Under the pieces are notes generated by a model, which was given only the letters and a program-made list of their open reading frames with translations, was not told the DNA's origin and searched no databases. 64,000 nt of DNA. It comes from an uncultured Candidatus Actinomarina sp. (GTDB lineage: Bacteria > Actinomycetota > Acidimicrobiia > Actinomarinales > Actinomarinaceae). The DNA is taken from contig CACOKA010000001.1 of NCBI GenBank assembly GCA_902627635.1, positions 34,778-98,777 of the forward strand. The letters run 5' to 3'. A program made the position numbers and the translations under genes. Of this stretch, positions 1 to 10,444 are shown one piece after another (positions within the stretch are counted from its first letter, which is position 1; each line of letters opens with the position of its first letter).

Positions 1-428
1 TTGTAGCCTCAATTGCAGAAGTAAATAGAGCTCCATTTGATCTTGTGGAAGCAGAACAAGAATTGGTTGGAGGTTTTCATACTGAGTATTCTGGATTTAG
101 ATTTGCTATGTTTTTTTTAGCTGAATATATAAATATGTTTAATATGTGTGCGATCACAGCTACGTTCTTTTTAGGCGGGTGGTTGGGTCCAACTTTTGAG
201 GGAGTTTTACCCCAATTTTTATCTGCACTTATGCCAACTATTTGGCTTGGCGTAAAGACCTTTGGATTATTATTTGTTTATTTTTGGATCAGGGCAACAT
301 TGCCTAGATTAAGATATGACCAACTAATGGAGTTAGGATGGAAAAGACTTATTCCTATCTCCCTCATATGGCTAATGCTTTCTGCAATTGTTCTTGGCAT
401 TAGAGATTTTGGATTACCTTGGAGTTAA
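1..428 (+). CDS. nuoH: NADH-quinone oxidoreductase subunit H, C-terminal part (5' end outside window)
   Basis: Frame continues open from the window start and translates to ...VASIAEVNRAPFDLVEAEQELVGGFHTEYSG..., the conserved NuoH/ND1 loop motif. It is followed by nuoI-N. Confidence 0.9.
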   Translation, partial: VASIAEVNRAPFDLVEAEQELVGGFHTEYSGFRFAMFFLAEYINMFNMCAITATFFLGGWLGPTFEGVLPQFLSALMPTIWLGVKTFGLLFVYFWIRATLPRLRYDQLMELGWKRLIPISLIWLMLSAIVLGIRDFGLPWS

Positions 429-435
429 TAGGATA

Positions 436-1050
436 ATGAGCGCAGGATATGATTTAATAAAAGGTTTAAAGGTTACCTTTAAAGAATTATTTAAAAAATC
501 TGTAACTGATAAATACCCAAAAGAGTTTAGAAAAAAACCACAAAGATTTCACGGAAGACATGTGCTTAATAAATATGAAGATGGAATGGAAAAATGTATT
601 GGTTGTGAGTTATGTGCTGGTGTATGTCCTGCACAATGCATATACGTAAGAGGAGAGGATAACCCCGAAGAACAACCAATTAGTCCAGGTGAGAGATATG
701 GGTTCATTTATGAAATTAATATGCTTAGATGTATTTATTGTGCATTATGTGTTGAAGCATGTCCAACAGAAGCTATCACAATGACTTCGTTGTTTGAAAT
801 GAGTGTTGGATCCCGTGATGAAGCAGTTTTTGATAAAGATGTTTTACTAGTCGGTGATGATGGCGTCCCCAATACTCACGAAAAACAGACATTATTAACT
901 AACTTTAATGAATTAAAAACTTCAGATGGGTGGATGAGAGCAACCTCATCAAATGGTAATCCCAATTATCAAAATACAGTAAGCTGGACAGGGTCATTAG
1001 GAGTTGGAAAAAGAGATCCGGAAAAAGGTCAATTTTTAGAGGAAGAATAG
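436..1050 (+). CDS. nuoI: NADH-quinone oxidoreductase subunit I (2x[4Fe-4S] ferredoxin-type)
   Basis: Two CxxCxxCxxxCP motifs (CIGCELCAGVCP, CIYCALCVEACP). ATG at 436 lies in the frame of track ORF 388..1050, just after the nuoH stop. There is a long C-terminal extension. Confidence 0.9.
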   Translation: MSAGYDLIKGLKVTFKELFKKSVTDKYPKEFRKKPQRFHGRHVLNKYEDGMEKCIGCELCAGVCPAQCIYVRGEDNPEEQPISPGERYGFIYEINMLRCIYCALCVEACPTEAITMTSLFEMSVGSRDEAVFDKDVLLVGDDGVPNTHEKQTLLTNFNELKTSDGWMRATSSNGNPNYQNTVSWTGSLGVGKRDPEKGQFLEEE

Positions 1051-1051
1051 A

Positions 1052-1579
1052 TTGATAGAATTACTACTTTTTGCGATACCTGCATCATTGTTAATTTTAG
1101 GAGCATTAATTGTAGTTTTTGCAAAAAACCCAGTTCATAATGCAATGGGATTGGTATTGACATTAACTTCACTTGCAATCTTATACATAACTCTCAATGC
1201 AACTTTCGTAGCGATGGTCCAAATGTTAGTTTATGCTGGTGCTGTCATGACGTTGTTTCTTTTTGTAATCATGATGATTGGTGTTGATAAACCCGAGCAA
1301 ACTAAAGAACAAATTAAAGGACAAAAGTTATTAATTTCTGGAACGTTAATTTTATTAGTTTCAATAGTCGTCTTTATTAGCTTACAAAATGGATTGAATT
1401 GGAATTTATTATTTCCACAATCAGAAATTTCACTTGAGGGAACACCTGCAATACTCGCCTCAGCTCTATTCACTTCTTGGGTATTTCCCTTTGAAGTAAT
1501 ATCTATTTTATTAATTGTCGCTACAACTGCAGCTATAGCGTTAGCCTACGAATTTAAACAAAGTAGTGACAATGATTGA
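1052..1579 (+). CDS. nuoJ: NADH-quinone oxidoreductase subunit J
   Basis: 175-aa polytopic membrane protein with a NuoJ/ND6-like N-terminus ([15 protein letters not shown]) in the operon position between nuoI and nuoK. TTG start. Confidence 0.85.
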   Translation: MIELLLFAIPASLLILGALIVVFAKNPVHNAMGLVLTLTSLAILYITLNATFVAMVQMLVYAGAVMTLFLFVIMMIGVDKPEQTKEQIKGQKLLISGTLILLVSIVVFISLQNGLNWNLLFPQSEISLEGTPAILASALFTSWVFPFEVISILLIVATTAAIALAYEFKQSSDND

Positions 1580-1880
1580 AGTAACCTCTGATTGGTATCT
1601 AACACTTTCAGCAATCCTTTTTTCTATAGGCTTTTTAGGAATGATGGTAAGAAAAAATGCATTGATAATGTTTATGTGTATTGAGCTCATGCTAAATGCT
1701 GTTAATTTAACTTTTATTACAGCGTCGAAGCATCTTGGATCTGTCGATGGACAGATCGCAGTATTTTTTGTTCTTGTTGTTGCAGCTGCAGAGGTAGTGG
1801 TAGGTCTGGCAATTATTGTTTCTATATTTAAAAAGCAAGAATCAGCGTCAGTCGATATGTTAAGTTCCTCGAAGGGATAG
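1566..1880 (+). CDS. nuoK: NADH-quinone oxidoreductase subunit K
   Basis: 104 aa, 3 TM, ND4L-like ([25 protein letters not shown]). Confidence 0.9.
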   Translation: MTMIEVTSDWYLTLSAILFSIGFLGMMVRKNALIMFMCIELMLNAVNLTFITASKHLGSVDGQIAVFFVLVVAAAEVVVGLAIIVSIFKKQESASVDMLSSSKG

Positions 1881-1882
1881 TT

Positions 1883-3772
1883 TTGAGTATTTTAATATTA
1901 GGCGTAATTCTCATTCCTTTTCTTACGTCATTGTTCTTAAAAGTTATTGGTAAATTTTTAAATGAATTACTTACAAATTTTATAACTTTAAATGCTGCGA
2001 TGCTTTCGTTAGCAACGTCATTTTTTTTGTTTGGTTATATTTTTTTTGATAAATTCAAACCATTAAAATTTGAAGTATTTCAATGGTTTCCTAATCCAGA
2101 AATAAATTTTGAATTTTATTTAGACGGGCTTTCAGGAGTTATGATGGTTTTGATTTGTGGTCTTAGTCTTGTGATACAGTTGTTCTCAACCTCTTATATG
2201 AGTAAAGATGAAAATTACACAAAATATTTTGAATATTTTAATTTTTTTGTTTTTTCAATGTTACTTCTTGTCCTGTCGGGAAATTTCTTAGTTATGTTTT
2301 TTGGTTGGGAGCTTGTAGGTCTAAGTTCTTATCTCTTAATTTCATTTTGGTCTGAGAAGAAATCAGCTGCTAAAGCTGGTAATAAAGCATTTATTTTGAA
2401 TAGAATCGGGGATTTTGGTTTCCTTATAGGTCTAATGATGATAATCAGCGAATTTCAAACTTTTAACTTTTTAAGCATTTTTGAATCAACATTGGAAACT
2501 AAACCTGAAAATCTTGATGTAATGATTGTATTTTTACTTTTAGGAGCTTTTGGAAAATCTGCTCAATTCCCTTTATTTAGCTGGTTACCAGACGCAATGG
2601 AAGGACCAACACCTGCAAGTGCATTAATTCATGCGGCGACAATGGTTACAGCTGGAGTATTTATGCTTGTAAGAATTTCCCCAATTTTACAATTTTCAGA
2701 ACTTGGTAGCTTGATAATAATCAGTATGGGTCTTTTAACTGCTTTAATTGCAGCTTTTGCTGCAATAAATCAAAAAGATATAAAAAAAGTTTTAGCATAC
2801 TCAACTATTTCTCAGCTTGGATTCATGTTTATAGCTATTGGATCTGGAGCATACGTCGCAGCAATATTTCATCTTGTTACCCACGCATTTTTTAAAGCAC
2901 TTTTATTTTTAGGAGCAGGGGCAGTCATTCATGAAATGCATCATGAGCAAAATATATACAAAATGGGGGGATTAAGAAAGAAAATGCCAATCACAGCTGC
3001 AATGATGGGAATAGGCACACTAGCTATATCCGGAATTCCTCCTTTGGCAGGATTTTGGTCAAAAGATGAAATACTCGCATCAGTGTTTTCTAAAGGAGGC
3101 ATTTACTATGGATTTTGGGCTTTATCCCTATTAGCTGCATTTATGACAGCCTTTTACATGGGAAGACATTGGTTATTGATATTTGTGAAAGAACCAACTA
3201 GTGATATTGAAAATATACATGAAGCTCCAAAAAATATGACAAGACCATTAATTTTGCTTGGAATATTTTCTGTATTTATAGGGTTTATTAATACACCTTT
3301 TTTTCATGGATTAGAAAAAGTTTTATATGAGACACTTCAAAGTGTAGAAGTAACTCATCTTCCAGAGGGTATCACTTTGGCAATATTGGCTGTGTTATCA
3401 ATTGGTGCTGGTTTTTCTGGTCTTGGGCTTGCCTACTTAATTTATATATTTGATATTTTTTCTTATTTCAAAATTAAGCTCCCATTTTTAAGTGAAATTA
3501 AGCTTTTATCAAAAGAAGTTCTTTTCTTAGACAAAGTTGGTAATGCAATATTTGTCAGGGGCTTAAAAACTTTATCAAGGAAAGTAGCCGTTACAGTCGA
3601 TAACATGACTATCGATGGAATTGTAAACGGAGTCGCAAAGTCTTTTTATAGGTCTTCTCAGCAGATTTCTTTAGTTCAAACAGGATTAGTAAGAAACTAT
3701 GTTGTTTACTTTGGTCTTTTTATGTTGGTACTCATAGTTGTATATCTATTTTCACCAGGAGTATTAATTTGA
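1883..3772 (+). CDS. nuoL: NADH-quinone oxidoreductase subunit L
   Basis: 629-aa antiporter-like subunit with FGWELVGLSSYLLI, WLPDAMEGPTPASALIHAATMVTAGV and QLGFMF motifs of NuoL/ND5. Confidence 0.95.
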   Translation: MSILILGVILIPFLTSLFLKVIGKFLNELLTNFITLNAAMLSLATSFFLFGYIFFDKFKPLKFEVFQWFPNPEINFEFYLDGLSGVMMVLICGLSLVIQLFSTSYMSKDENYTKYFEYFNFFVFSMLLLVLSGNFLVMFFGWELVGLSSYLLISFWSEKKSAAKAGNKAFILNRIGDFGFLIGLMMIISEFQTFNFLSIFESTLETKPENLDVMIVFLLLGAFGKSAQFPLFSWLPDAMEGPTPASALIHAATMVTAGVFMLVRISPILQFSELGSLIIISMGLLTALIAAFAAINQKDIKKVLAYSTISQLGFMFIAIGSGAYVAAIFHLVTHAFFKALLFLGAGAVIHEMHHEQNIYKMGGLRKKMPITAAMMGIGTLAISGIPPLAGFWSKDEILASVFSKGGIYYGFWALSLLAAFMTAFYMGRHWLLIFVKEPTSDIENIHEAPKNMTRPLILLGIFSVFIGFINTPFFHGLEKVLYETLQSVEVTHLPEGITLAILAVLSIGAGFSGLGLAYLIYIFDIFSYFKIKLPFLSEIKLLSKEVLFLDKVGNAIFVRGLKTLSRKVAVTVDNMTIDGIVNGVAKSFYRSSQQISLVQTGLVRNYVVYFGLFMLVLIVVYLFSPGVLI

Positions 3773-5259
3773 TAAGTTTAGCTTATAGTTTTATTCTCCT
3801 TCCTATTATAAATTCAGCCTTTATTTTTTTGGTTCCAAAAAGAAGAGGAGAGCTATTTAGACCCTTAAGCATTTTTCTTAGTTTAATTCCACTAGGCCTC
3901 TGTCTTTATATGTTTATTAATCAAGACCTAAAGACAAGCTTTGTTGTAGTAGATTCAATATCTTGGATCTCTGCCTACGGAATAGATTTAATAATTGGAT
4001 TTTCTGGAATGTCTTTTCTATTAATTTCATTGAATTGTTTATTAGTACTTTTATCAATTCTTTCTGTAAACCAAGACCATGGTTCGAGCAAAGGATTTCT
4101 TGGATCAATCATGTTACTTCAGGGTTCAGTAAATGGGGTATTTTTAGCAGGTGATTTAATCTCCTTATTTATATTTTTTGAGGCATTGTTGATACCTATG
4201 TATTTTCTAATGGGTATATGGGGTGGTGAAAATAAAAGGTATGCAACAATTAAATTTATCTTATATACAGTTTTTGGCTCTATTTTTATATTGGCCGGTA
4301 CAATATACACGGGTGTTTTAAGTTTCCAATCGTCTGGAACATTCGCACTTGACTTTGATTCAATTGCTAATATTTCAATGACCTCAAATCAATCTAAAGT
4401 ATTATTTTTATTATTCACTTTTGGGTTTCTAATAAAAGTTCCTCTTTTTCCACTTCATACATGGCTACCGGATGCACACGTTGAGGCGCCAACTGCTGGA
4501 AGTATCCTTCTTGCCGGTGTACTTTTAAAAGTTGGAGCTTATGGAATATTAAGGGTGTCAATCCCTTTCTTCACTGAGGGTTTTTTGGAATATCAATTTT
4601 TGATTGCTTTCTTATCTGTATTTGGAATAATTTATGGAGCGATTGTTGCAATTGTTCAGATTGATATTAAAAAATTAATTGCCTATTCCTCAATTAGTCA
4701 TATGGGATTTGTGATGCTAGGAATATCAGCAGGTAGATATTTAAGTCTTGAGGGAGCAGTTATACAAATGATAAATCATGGTATTACATCAGGTGCATTA
4801 TTTATGCTCGTAGGATTTCTGTATGACCGAAGGCATACAAGAAGAATTTCAGATTTTGGTGGTCTTAAAAAATCTATGCCACTTTATGCTGGAATATTTT
4901 TGTTTACTTCATTTGCTTCAATTGGACTTCCTGGACTAAATGGTTTTGTTGGAGAATTTATGATCTTAATGGGAAGCTTTCCAAGTTTTAAGATTCTTTC
5001 TTCAATTGCCGCTTTTGGAGTGGTACTTGCAGCCATTTATATGTTGTGGGCATATCAAAGAATATTTAATGGACAATTAGATAATGACGAAAATGCAGTT
5101 TTGACTGATCTTAATTCCAAAGAACTAGTTGCTGTCGTGCCACTTCTTATATTAATGCTATTTATAGGGGTTTATCCGAGTTTTGTTGAGAGCTATATAG
5201 TAAATGATGTATCAATTATCTATGATGCAATCAATAGTTTATCTGGAGTCTTAGAATGA
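3769..5259 (+). CDS. nuoM: NADH-quinone oxidoreductase subunit M
   Basis: 496 aa with the NuoM/ND4 motifs WLPDAHVEAPTAGS and AYSSISHMGFV. Confidence 0.95.
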   Translation: MISLAYSFILLPIINSAFIFLVPKRRGELFRPLSIFLSLIPLGLCLYMFINQDLKTSFVVVDSISWISAYGIDLIIGFSGMSFLLISLNCLLVLLSILSVNQDHGSSKGFLGSIMLLQGSVNGVFLAGDLISLFIFFEALLIPMYFLMGIWGGENKRYATIKFILYTVFGSIFILAGTIYTGVLSFQSSGTFALDFDSIANISMTSNQSKVLFLLFTFGFLIKVPLFPLHTWLPDAHVEAPTAGSILLAGVLLKVGAYGILRVSIPFFTEGFLEYQFLIAFLSVFGIIYGAIVAIVQIDIKKLIAYSSISHMGFVMLGISAGRYLSLEGAVIQMINHGITSGALFMLVGFLYDRRHTRRISDFGGLKKSMPLYAGIFLFTSFASIGLPGLNGFVGEFMILMGSFPSFKILSSIAAFGVVLAAIYMLWAYQRIFNGQLDNDENAVLTDLNSKELVAVVPLLILMLFIGVYPSFVESYIVNDVSIIYDAINSLSGVLE

Positions 5260-6728
5260 GAGCTATTGCTGATGCTATTGGATTTAATTTAGTTGTTATT
5301 TCTCCGACAATTACTCTTGTACTAACAGCATTAATCTTGTTATTTTTTACTATCACAATTGAATCAAATGAAAAAGTTAAACAAGTAATAACTTTTTCTG
5401 GTGTAGTTTCAACAATATTTTGTGTATTTCTAAAATTTGGTCTATTTCTTCAAAACGGTGTTAGTTCTTATTTTTCTAAAAAAATTCTATTAGACGAATT
5501 TTCTCTTTTTGGTAATGTTCTGATTGGACTCATTTTACTTTTTAACATACTACCAATTTGGGATTCCTCGTCTCAGCTGAGGGAGAAAACAACAGAAGCA
5601 ATTATTCTAACACTAATGAGCACCTCAGGATTTATGCTTATGGTAGATTCAGAGAACTTAATAATGCTTTTCATTGGTCTTGAGATAGGATCAATTAGTC
5701 TTTATGCACTTGCAGGTTTGAATCGAGTAGATAAATTAAGCAACGAAGCATCTTTAAAATACTTTTTATTAGGATCTCTTGCATCTTGTATATTTATTTA
5801 TGGCGTTTCTTTAGTGTATGTCTCATTTTCTGTACTTAGTGTATATGACTTTGCCACCGGAGTCGGATTTGTTGGGGCAGATTCGGTGCCATTGACAACT
5901 AAATTAGGTGTAATTCTTATTTTTATTGGGCTATTATTCAAGATTGCTGCAGCCCCTTTTCAGTCATGGGCACCAGATGTTTATCAAGGATCACCAACTG
6001 GATATGTTGGTTATATGGCTTCAATAGCTAAAGCCTCGGCATTTATTGTAATTGCTAGATTGTGTCAAGTTTCATTAAGATTTATGCCAAATGAATTTGA
6101 TTCGTTTTTTCTACTAGTTGTAATACTTTCTGTAATAATTGGATCTTTTTTTGCTTCTGTACAAGACGATTTAAAAAGACTCTTAGCTTATAGTGGAGTG
6201 GTCCAGTCTGGTTTTATTCTTTCAGGGATAGTATCTGGAATCAATGGAACGAGTGCTTCAATGTTTTATCTTTTTGCTTACATCATCCAATTAATTGGAA
6301 TTTTTGTAATTTTTTCAATCATCAATGGAAAAATGTCATCTAATTTCAACATTCAAGATATACAGGGACTAATAATTAACAATAAATTCCTCGCAGTTAC
6401 ATTTTGTACTTTTATGCTTGGTTTGGCTGGTATTCCACTAACTAGCGGATTTGTTTCAAAATTTATTTTATTAACTAATTTATGGGCGTATCAAAAATAT
6501 CTCTTAGTTTCCATTCTTCTTCTGTCAACAGTTGCTGGATTTTATTTCTATTTGAAACCAATCTGGATTGCAACAATTGAAAAAACAGAGACACCAGTTC
6601 AGAATTTCAAAATAAAAAGATCTGAATATTTATTAATTAGCTCATTAGCAACAATGACAATATTTTTTGGCCTTGTTCCAAGCTCTTTAATTAATATTTC
6701 AAGATGGGTTGTCCAGAGTTATCTATGA
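5256..6728 (+). CDS. nuoN: NADH-quinone oxidoreductase subunit N
   Basis: 490 aa with NuoN/ND2 motifs (FKIAAAPFQSWAPDVYQGSPT, LLAYSGVVQSGF). Last gene of the operon. Confidence 0.9.
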   Translation: MRAIADAIGFNLVVISPTITLVLTALILLFFTITIESNEKVKQVITFSGVVSTIFCVFLKFGLFLQNGVSSYFSKKILLDEFSLFGNVLIGLILLFNILPIWDSSSQLREKTTEAIILTLMSTSGFMLMVDSENLIMLFIGLEIGSISLYALAGLNRVDKLSNEASLKYFLLGSLASCIFIYGVSLVYVSFSVLSVYDFATGVGFVGADSVPLTTKLGVILIFIGLLFKIAAAPFQSWAPDVYQGSPTGYVGYMASIAKASAFIVIARLCQVSLRFMPNEFDSFFLLVVILSVIIGSFFASVQDDLKRLLAYSGVVQSGFILSGIVSGINGTSASMFYLFAYIIQLIGIFVIFSIINGKMSSNFNIQDIQGLIINNKFLAVTFCTFMLGLAGIPLTSGFVSKFILLTNLWAYQKYLLVSILLLSTVAGFYFYLKPIWIATIEKTETPVQNFKIKRSEYLLISSLATMTIFFGLVPSSLINISRWVVQSYL

Positions 6729-6865
6729 ACCTAATTTTTACAAACAGCCCACCAGTTTTTCATCATCAAGGCGGATGGGATGAAATGCTTATGTTTTTGA
6801 TTCCAGCTCTTTTACTTACATGGCTAAGAAAAAAACAAAATTCTGACGATATTGAAAATGATTGA
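6725..6865 (+). CDS. Hypothetical small membrane protein (46 aa), ATG overlapping the nuoN stop (ATGA)
   Basis: Uninterrupted ORF MNLIFTNSPPVFHHQGGWDEMLMFLIPALLLTWLRKKQNSDDIEND with one predicted TM helix and a positive patch after it. Not in the ORF track because it is under 60 aa. Confidence 0.3.
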   Translation: MNLIFTNSPPVFHHQGGWDEMLMFLIPALLLTWLRKKQNSDDIEND

Positions 6866-6884
6866 TATAAAATATAAATAAATC

Positions 6885-7604
6885 ATGATTGAAATTAAAA
6901 ACCTAACAATGAAATACAAAAATGGTAAAGGCGTATCAGATATTAGTATTTCCGTTGATAATGGTGAAGTAAAAGGCTTACTTGGTCCTAATGGTGCAGG
7001 AAAATCAACGACGATGAGAAGTTTAATGGGTTTTTTAAAACCCTCAGAAGGCGCTCTTTCAGTAGAGGGAATTAATACAATTGAAAATCCTGTTGAAGCC
7101 AAAAAAATAATTGGATATTTACCTGGAGATCCCCAACTTCCACAAAATCTCAGTCCTAAATCATTGTTTAAACTTGGAGCTGACATGAGAGGTCAAACAA
7201 CTGAATATGCAATGGAATTAGCAGAGAAATTCGAACTTGAAGTAGATCAATCTTTAAAAGAATTATCTAAAGGAAACAGACAAAAAGTTGCGATAATCTT
7301 AGCTGTTCAGCATAAACCGAAGGCTTTAATTTTAGACGAGCCAACTTCTGGTTTAGACCCATTCCATCAAAGGTCATTTTTTGAAATAATTGAAGAATTT
7401 TCAAATAGTGGCGCATCAATACTGTTATCATCCCATATAATCTCTGAAGTTGAAAAAGTTGCTAAGTCAATGGCGGTTTTGAGAGATGGAGCCAAAGTTT
7501 ATGATGAAACTTATGAAACATTTTTAAATAAGGCACAAGAAGATGGTAAAGATTTAGAAGATGCTTTCTTTTCGTTTTATGACAGAAAGGAATCAAATGC
7601 TTAA
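6885..7604 (+). CDS. ABC transporter ATP-binding protein (ABC-2/DrrA-like)
   Basis: Walker A GPNGAGKST, signature LSKGNRQKVA, Walker B LILDEPTSGLD. Confidence 0.9.
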   Translation: MIEIKNLTMKYKNGKGVSDISISVDNGEVKGLLGPNGAGKSTTMRSLMGFLKPSEGALSVEGINTIENPVEAKKIIGYLPGDPQLPQNLSPKSLFKLGADMRGQTTEYAMELAEKFELEVDQSLKELSKGNRQKVAIILAVQHKPKALILDEPTSGLDPFHQRSFFEIIEEFSNSGASILLSSHIISEVEKVAKSMAVLRDGAKVYDETYETFLNKAQEDGKDLEDAFFSFYDRKESNA

Positions 7605-8421
7605 TTATTTAAAATATATGATCACTGTACCAAGAAAATTCATCTTAAATTGGGCAATATCAGGAGGAGTGTATCTATTGATACTTCCATTAGCTTTTGC
7701 AAATTCAAGCGTAGAGAGTCTTCTTATCGATACACAGAGAGAAGCTTTTAGAGGCATGTCTGAGAATGATACGGTCATGAATTTGCTCGGCATACAAGAC
7801 TGGGATAATGTTTTTACTCTAGAAGGAATGGTAACAACTTATTTTCTAGTTCCATTCGTACCTCTTTTAATTGGTACAGCTACGATCATACTTTTAAATA
7901 AATTAGGTTCAAAAGCTGAAGAAGATGGAACGTTTGAATTTGTTGCAGCATTACCAATGACAAGATCAACTGTTTATTTATCACAAGCAATTCTTACAAT
8001 CCTTTTTGGTTTATTTGTTACTTTTGCATGGACAAACATAATGTTTATTCCAATAGCAACTATGGAACTTAGCCAGACACTTGACTACGCTCCTTTAATG
8101 AAAGCAACATTACAAGCTGCATTAGCTGGTGTTAGTTTTGGAGCATTAGGATTTGCTCTTGGAACTTTTACAGGTAAGTCCTCAATGGCATGGGCTTTTG
8201 GAGGCGGCTTAATGGCATTTGAATATTTAACAAACTCATTAGCTGGGACAAATGATTTCTTTCAATGGTTTGATGACAATCTCTCATCGTTTGGAGCATA
8301 CGGAAATCCTTATCAAGATGGATTAATTGGTGAAGATATATTTCTTGTAATTGGAAAAACTTTAATATTTTTGGCAATTGGATTTATTGGATTTAGAAAT
8401 AGGTCGTTAAATCTTCGATAA
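7597..8421 (+). CDS. ABC-2 type transporter permease
   Basis: Polytopic membrane protein directly downstream of the ATPase. ATG at 7597 follows an AAAGGAA Shine-Dalgarno and is in frame with track ORF 7561..8421. ATG 7618 is an alternative start. Confidence 0.6.
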   Translation: MLNYLKYMITVPRKFILNWAISGGVYLLILPLAFANSSVESLLIDTQREAFRGMSENDTVMNLLGIQDWDNVFTLEGMVTTYFLVPFVPLLIGTATIILLNKLGSKAEEDGTFEFVAALPMTRSTVYLSQAILTILFGLFVTFAWTNIMFIPIATMELSQTLDYAPLMKATLQAALAGVSFGALGFALGTFTGKSSMAWAFGGGLMAFEYLTNSLAGTNDFFQWFDDNLSSFGAYGNPYQDGLIGEDIFLVIGKTLIFLAIGFIGFRNRSLNLR

Positions 8422-8461
8422 ATTTTTACATACTAAACTTCCAATAGCTTAAAATAAAAAC

Positions 8462-8893
8462 ATGCCAATTTATTCAAGAACAATTACTGTAAAAGGAGAT
8501 ATTGAGTCTGCTTTCAATTTTGTTGCCGATTTTAGAAATCTTGATCAATGGGACACAGCTAGTACAGCTGAGCTAATTACTAATGAGCCAATTAGAGAAG
8601 GATCTATATTTAAAGCAAAAACATCTTTTAATGATAGAGAAATGATTATCGATTACGAGGTAATTGAATGGGGTGCACCATTGAGAGCCTCATTAAAAGC
8701 AGATACTAAAAACTTTACGCTAATCGATACAATATTTTTATCTGCAAACTCAAGAGGAACTGAACTTACTTATTCTGTGAACGTAAAATATAAAGGGATT
8801 TTTATGATAATTGGATTATTTTTTGGACCTATATGGACAAAGTTAATGAATACACAAATCAAAAACCTTGAGGCAGTTCTTGGTCCGGCCTAA
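8462..8893 (+). CDS. SRPBCC (START/polyketide-cyclase-like) family protein
   Basis: 143 aa. The N-terminus (ITVKGDIESAFNFVADFRNLDQWD) resembles the SRPBCC ligand-binding fold. Confidence 0.45.
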   Translation: MPIYSRTITVKGDIESAFNFVADFRNLDQWDTASTAELITNEPIREGSIFKAKTSFNDREMIIDYEVIEWGAPLRASLKADTKNFTLIDTIFLSANSRGTELTYSVNVKYKGIFMIIGLFFGPIWTKLMNTQIKNLEAVLGPA

Positions 8894-9410
8894 ATTACTT
8901 TTTTTATTAGTATTTCTTCTTACAATAAGCTGTCAACCAAGCGAGAATATGTATATGAGTGGAAAAATTAATGAATTTCCTTCAATTGAAGGAAACAATT
9001 TAAATAAAGAAAAAAAAGTTGTTCCAGACGATTTTGTAGATAAAGATTTAATAATTATTGTTGCCTTTCAACAATGGCATCAAGGCTTAGTTGACCAATC
9101 AATCAATCTTCTAGAAAATAATGAAATGGATTTAACTCACAATATTATTGAAGTTCCAACAATTAGAAAAACAAATAAGTTAAACGAAATATATTTAGAT
9201 GGTGTAATGAGAGCTGGCATTAGAGACGATAGAATTAGAAATCGCACGATAACTGCTTATTTAAATAAAGAAGAATTTAAGGAAGATCTTGATATACCAA
9301 ACGAAGAAACAATTTATTGGTTTTTAATAGAAGAAGGAACTAGCAAAATATTGATTCAAGGTGAGGGTATTATCACTGAGAAAGAATTAGAACTAATTCA
9401 ATCTTATTAA
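8868..9410 (+). CDS. Hypothetical lipoprotein
   Basis: N-terminal signal peptide with a lipobox-like LTISC cysteine. Otherwise no recognisable domain. Confidence 0.4.
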   Translation: MRQFLVRPKLLFLLVFLLTISCQPSENMYMSGKINEFPSIEGNNLNKEKKVVPDDFVDKDLIIIVAFQQWHQGLVDQSINLLENNEMDLTHNIIEVPTIRKTNKLNEIYLDGVMRAGIRDDRIRNRTITAYLNKEEFKEDLDIPNEETIYWFLIEEGTSKILIQGEGIITEKELELIQSY

Positions 9411-9787
9411 ATATTAATTGTTGCCAAGTAAACAACTAATAAAGCACCTAATAACATTACCCCATTCAACATACCTCTTAAAGCAGAACTTAACTTTGAA
9501 GCAAAGCTATGAAGCCCTATAACTATTCCTGCAACAATAAGAACTAATAATTCAGTTCCCCATGTTGATATATCATTGTCAATGACTAGAAAAATTCCTA
9601 CACCGCTTAATAAAGATAAAGAATAAGAGCTCCAAGAAAGAGTGCTAAATGTTTTTCTTAAGGTATTAGTAGTATTTTTTGTTGGATCAATTTTGTATAA
9701 TTTTGGTGCAAACATTGCCCACATTACCATTGAACCTAACCATAAAGAGAGTCCAACCATGTGAGAAAATTTTAAAATATTTTCCAT
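9407..9787 (-). CDS. Hypothetical 4-TM membrane protein
   Basis: 126-aa hydrophobic ORF. The start region is AT-rich with a plausible promoter. Confidence 0.45.
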   Translation of the reverse strand: MENILKFSHMVGLSLWLGSMVMWAMFAPKLYKIDPTKNTTNTLRKTFSTLSWSSYSLSLLSGVGIFLVIDNDISTWGTELLVLIVAGIVIGLHSFASKLSSALRGMLNGVMLLGALLVVYLATINI

Positions 9788-9839
9788 ATTTATATCTTAC
9801 AAAAGAATAAAGATAAAAATAAAAAGGTAATATAAAAAT

Positions 9840-10442
9840 ATGGCAAAACTTTATTTTTATTACGCTGCAATGAATGCTGGAAAAAGTACAAATCTTCTTC
9901 AATCAGCTCATAACTACGAAGAAAGAAATATGAAAACATTAATTTTTACTCCTAAATTAGATGATCGATTCGGAGAAGGCAAAGTAACATCAAGAATCGG
10001 TCTAGAAAGAGATGTTGAGAGATTTGAGGGTGAGGATGATTTATATGTTTGGACCGCACATGAGCATCAAAGAGAAAAAGTTTCATGCATTTTAGTTGAT
10101 GAAGCCCAGTTCTTAACACCAAAGCAAGTATTACAGTTGTCTCTTGTAGTTGATAAATTGAATATACCCGTTCTATGTTATGGTTTAAGAACTGATTTCA
10201 GGGGAGAGCCATTTCCCGGTAGTATCTATCTTCTTGGGTGGGCAGATGAGTTAATTGAACTCAAAACTATTTGTAAATCAGGAAAGAAAGCAACTTTTAA
10301 CGCTCGTCTCGATGAAAATGGAAATAGAGTAACTGAAGGTGATCAAATCTCTATTGGTTTAAATTATGAAGCTCAGGCTAGAGATGTTTTTGAGTTAGAT
10401 AAAGTTTCACCTATCGATTATCAAATTCCTGAAGCTAATTAA
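9840..10442 (+). CDS. tdk: Thymidine kinase
   Basis: Strong similarity to E. coli Tdk ([43 protein letters not shown]). Confidence 0.92.
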   Translation: MAKLYFYYAAMNAGKSTNLLQSAHNYEERNMKTLIFTPKLDDRFGEGKVTSRIGLERDVERFEGEDDLYVWTAHEHQREKVSCILVDEAQFLTPKQVLQLSLVVDKLNIPVLCYGLRTDFRGEPFPGSIYLLGWADELIELKTICKSGKKATFNARLDENGNRVTEGDQISIGLNYEAQARDVFELDKVSPIDYQIPEAN

Positions 10443-10444
10443 AA

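Noticed and set aside
6824-7186. 120-aa minus-strand ORF overlapping the ABC ATPase gene
   Set aside because: It is antisense to a gene with perfect Walker A/B and signature motifs. It has a low-complexity translation.
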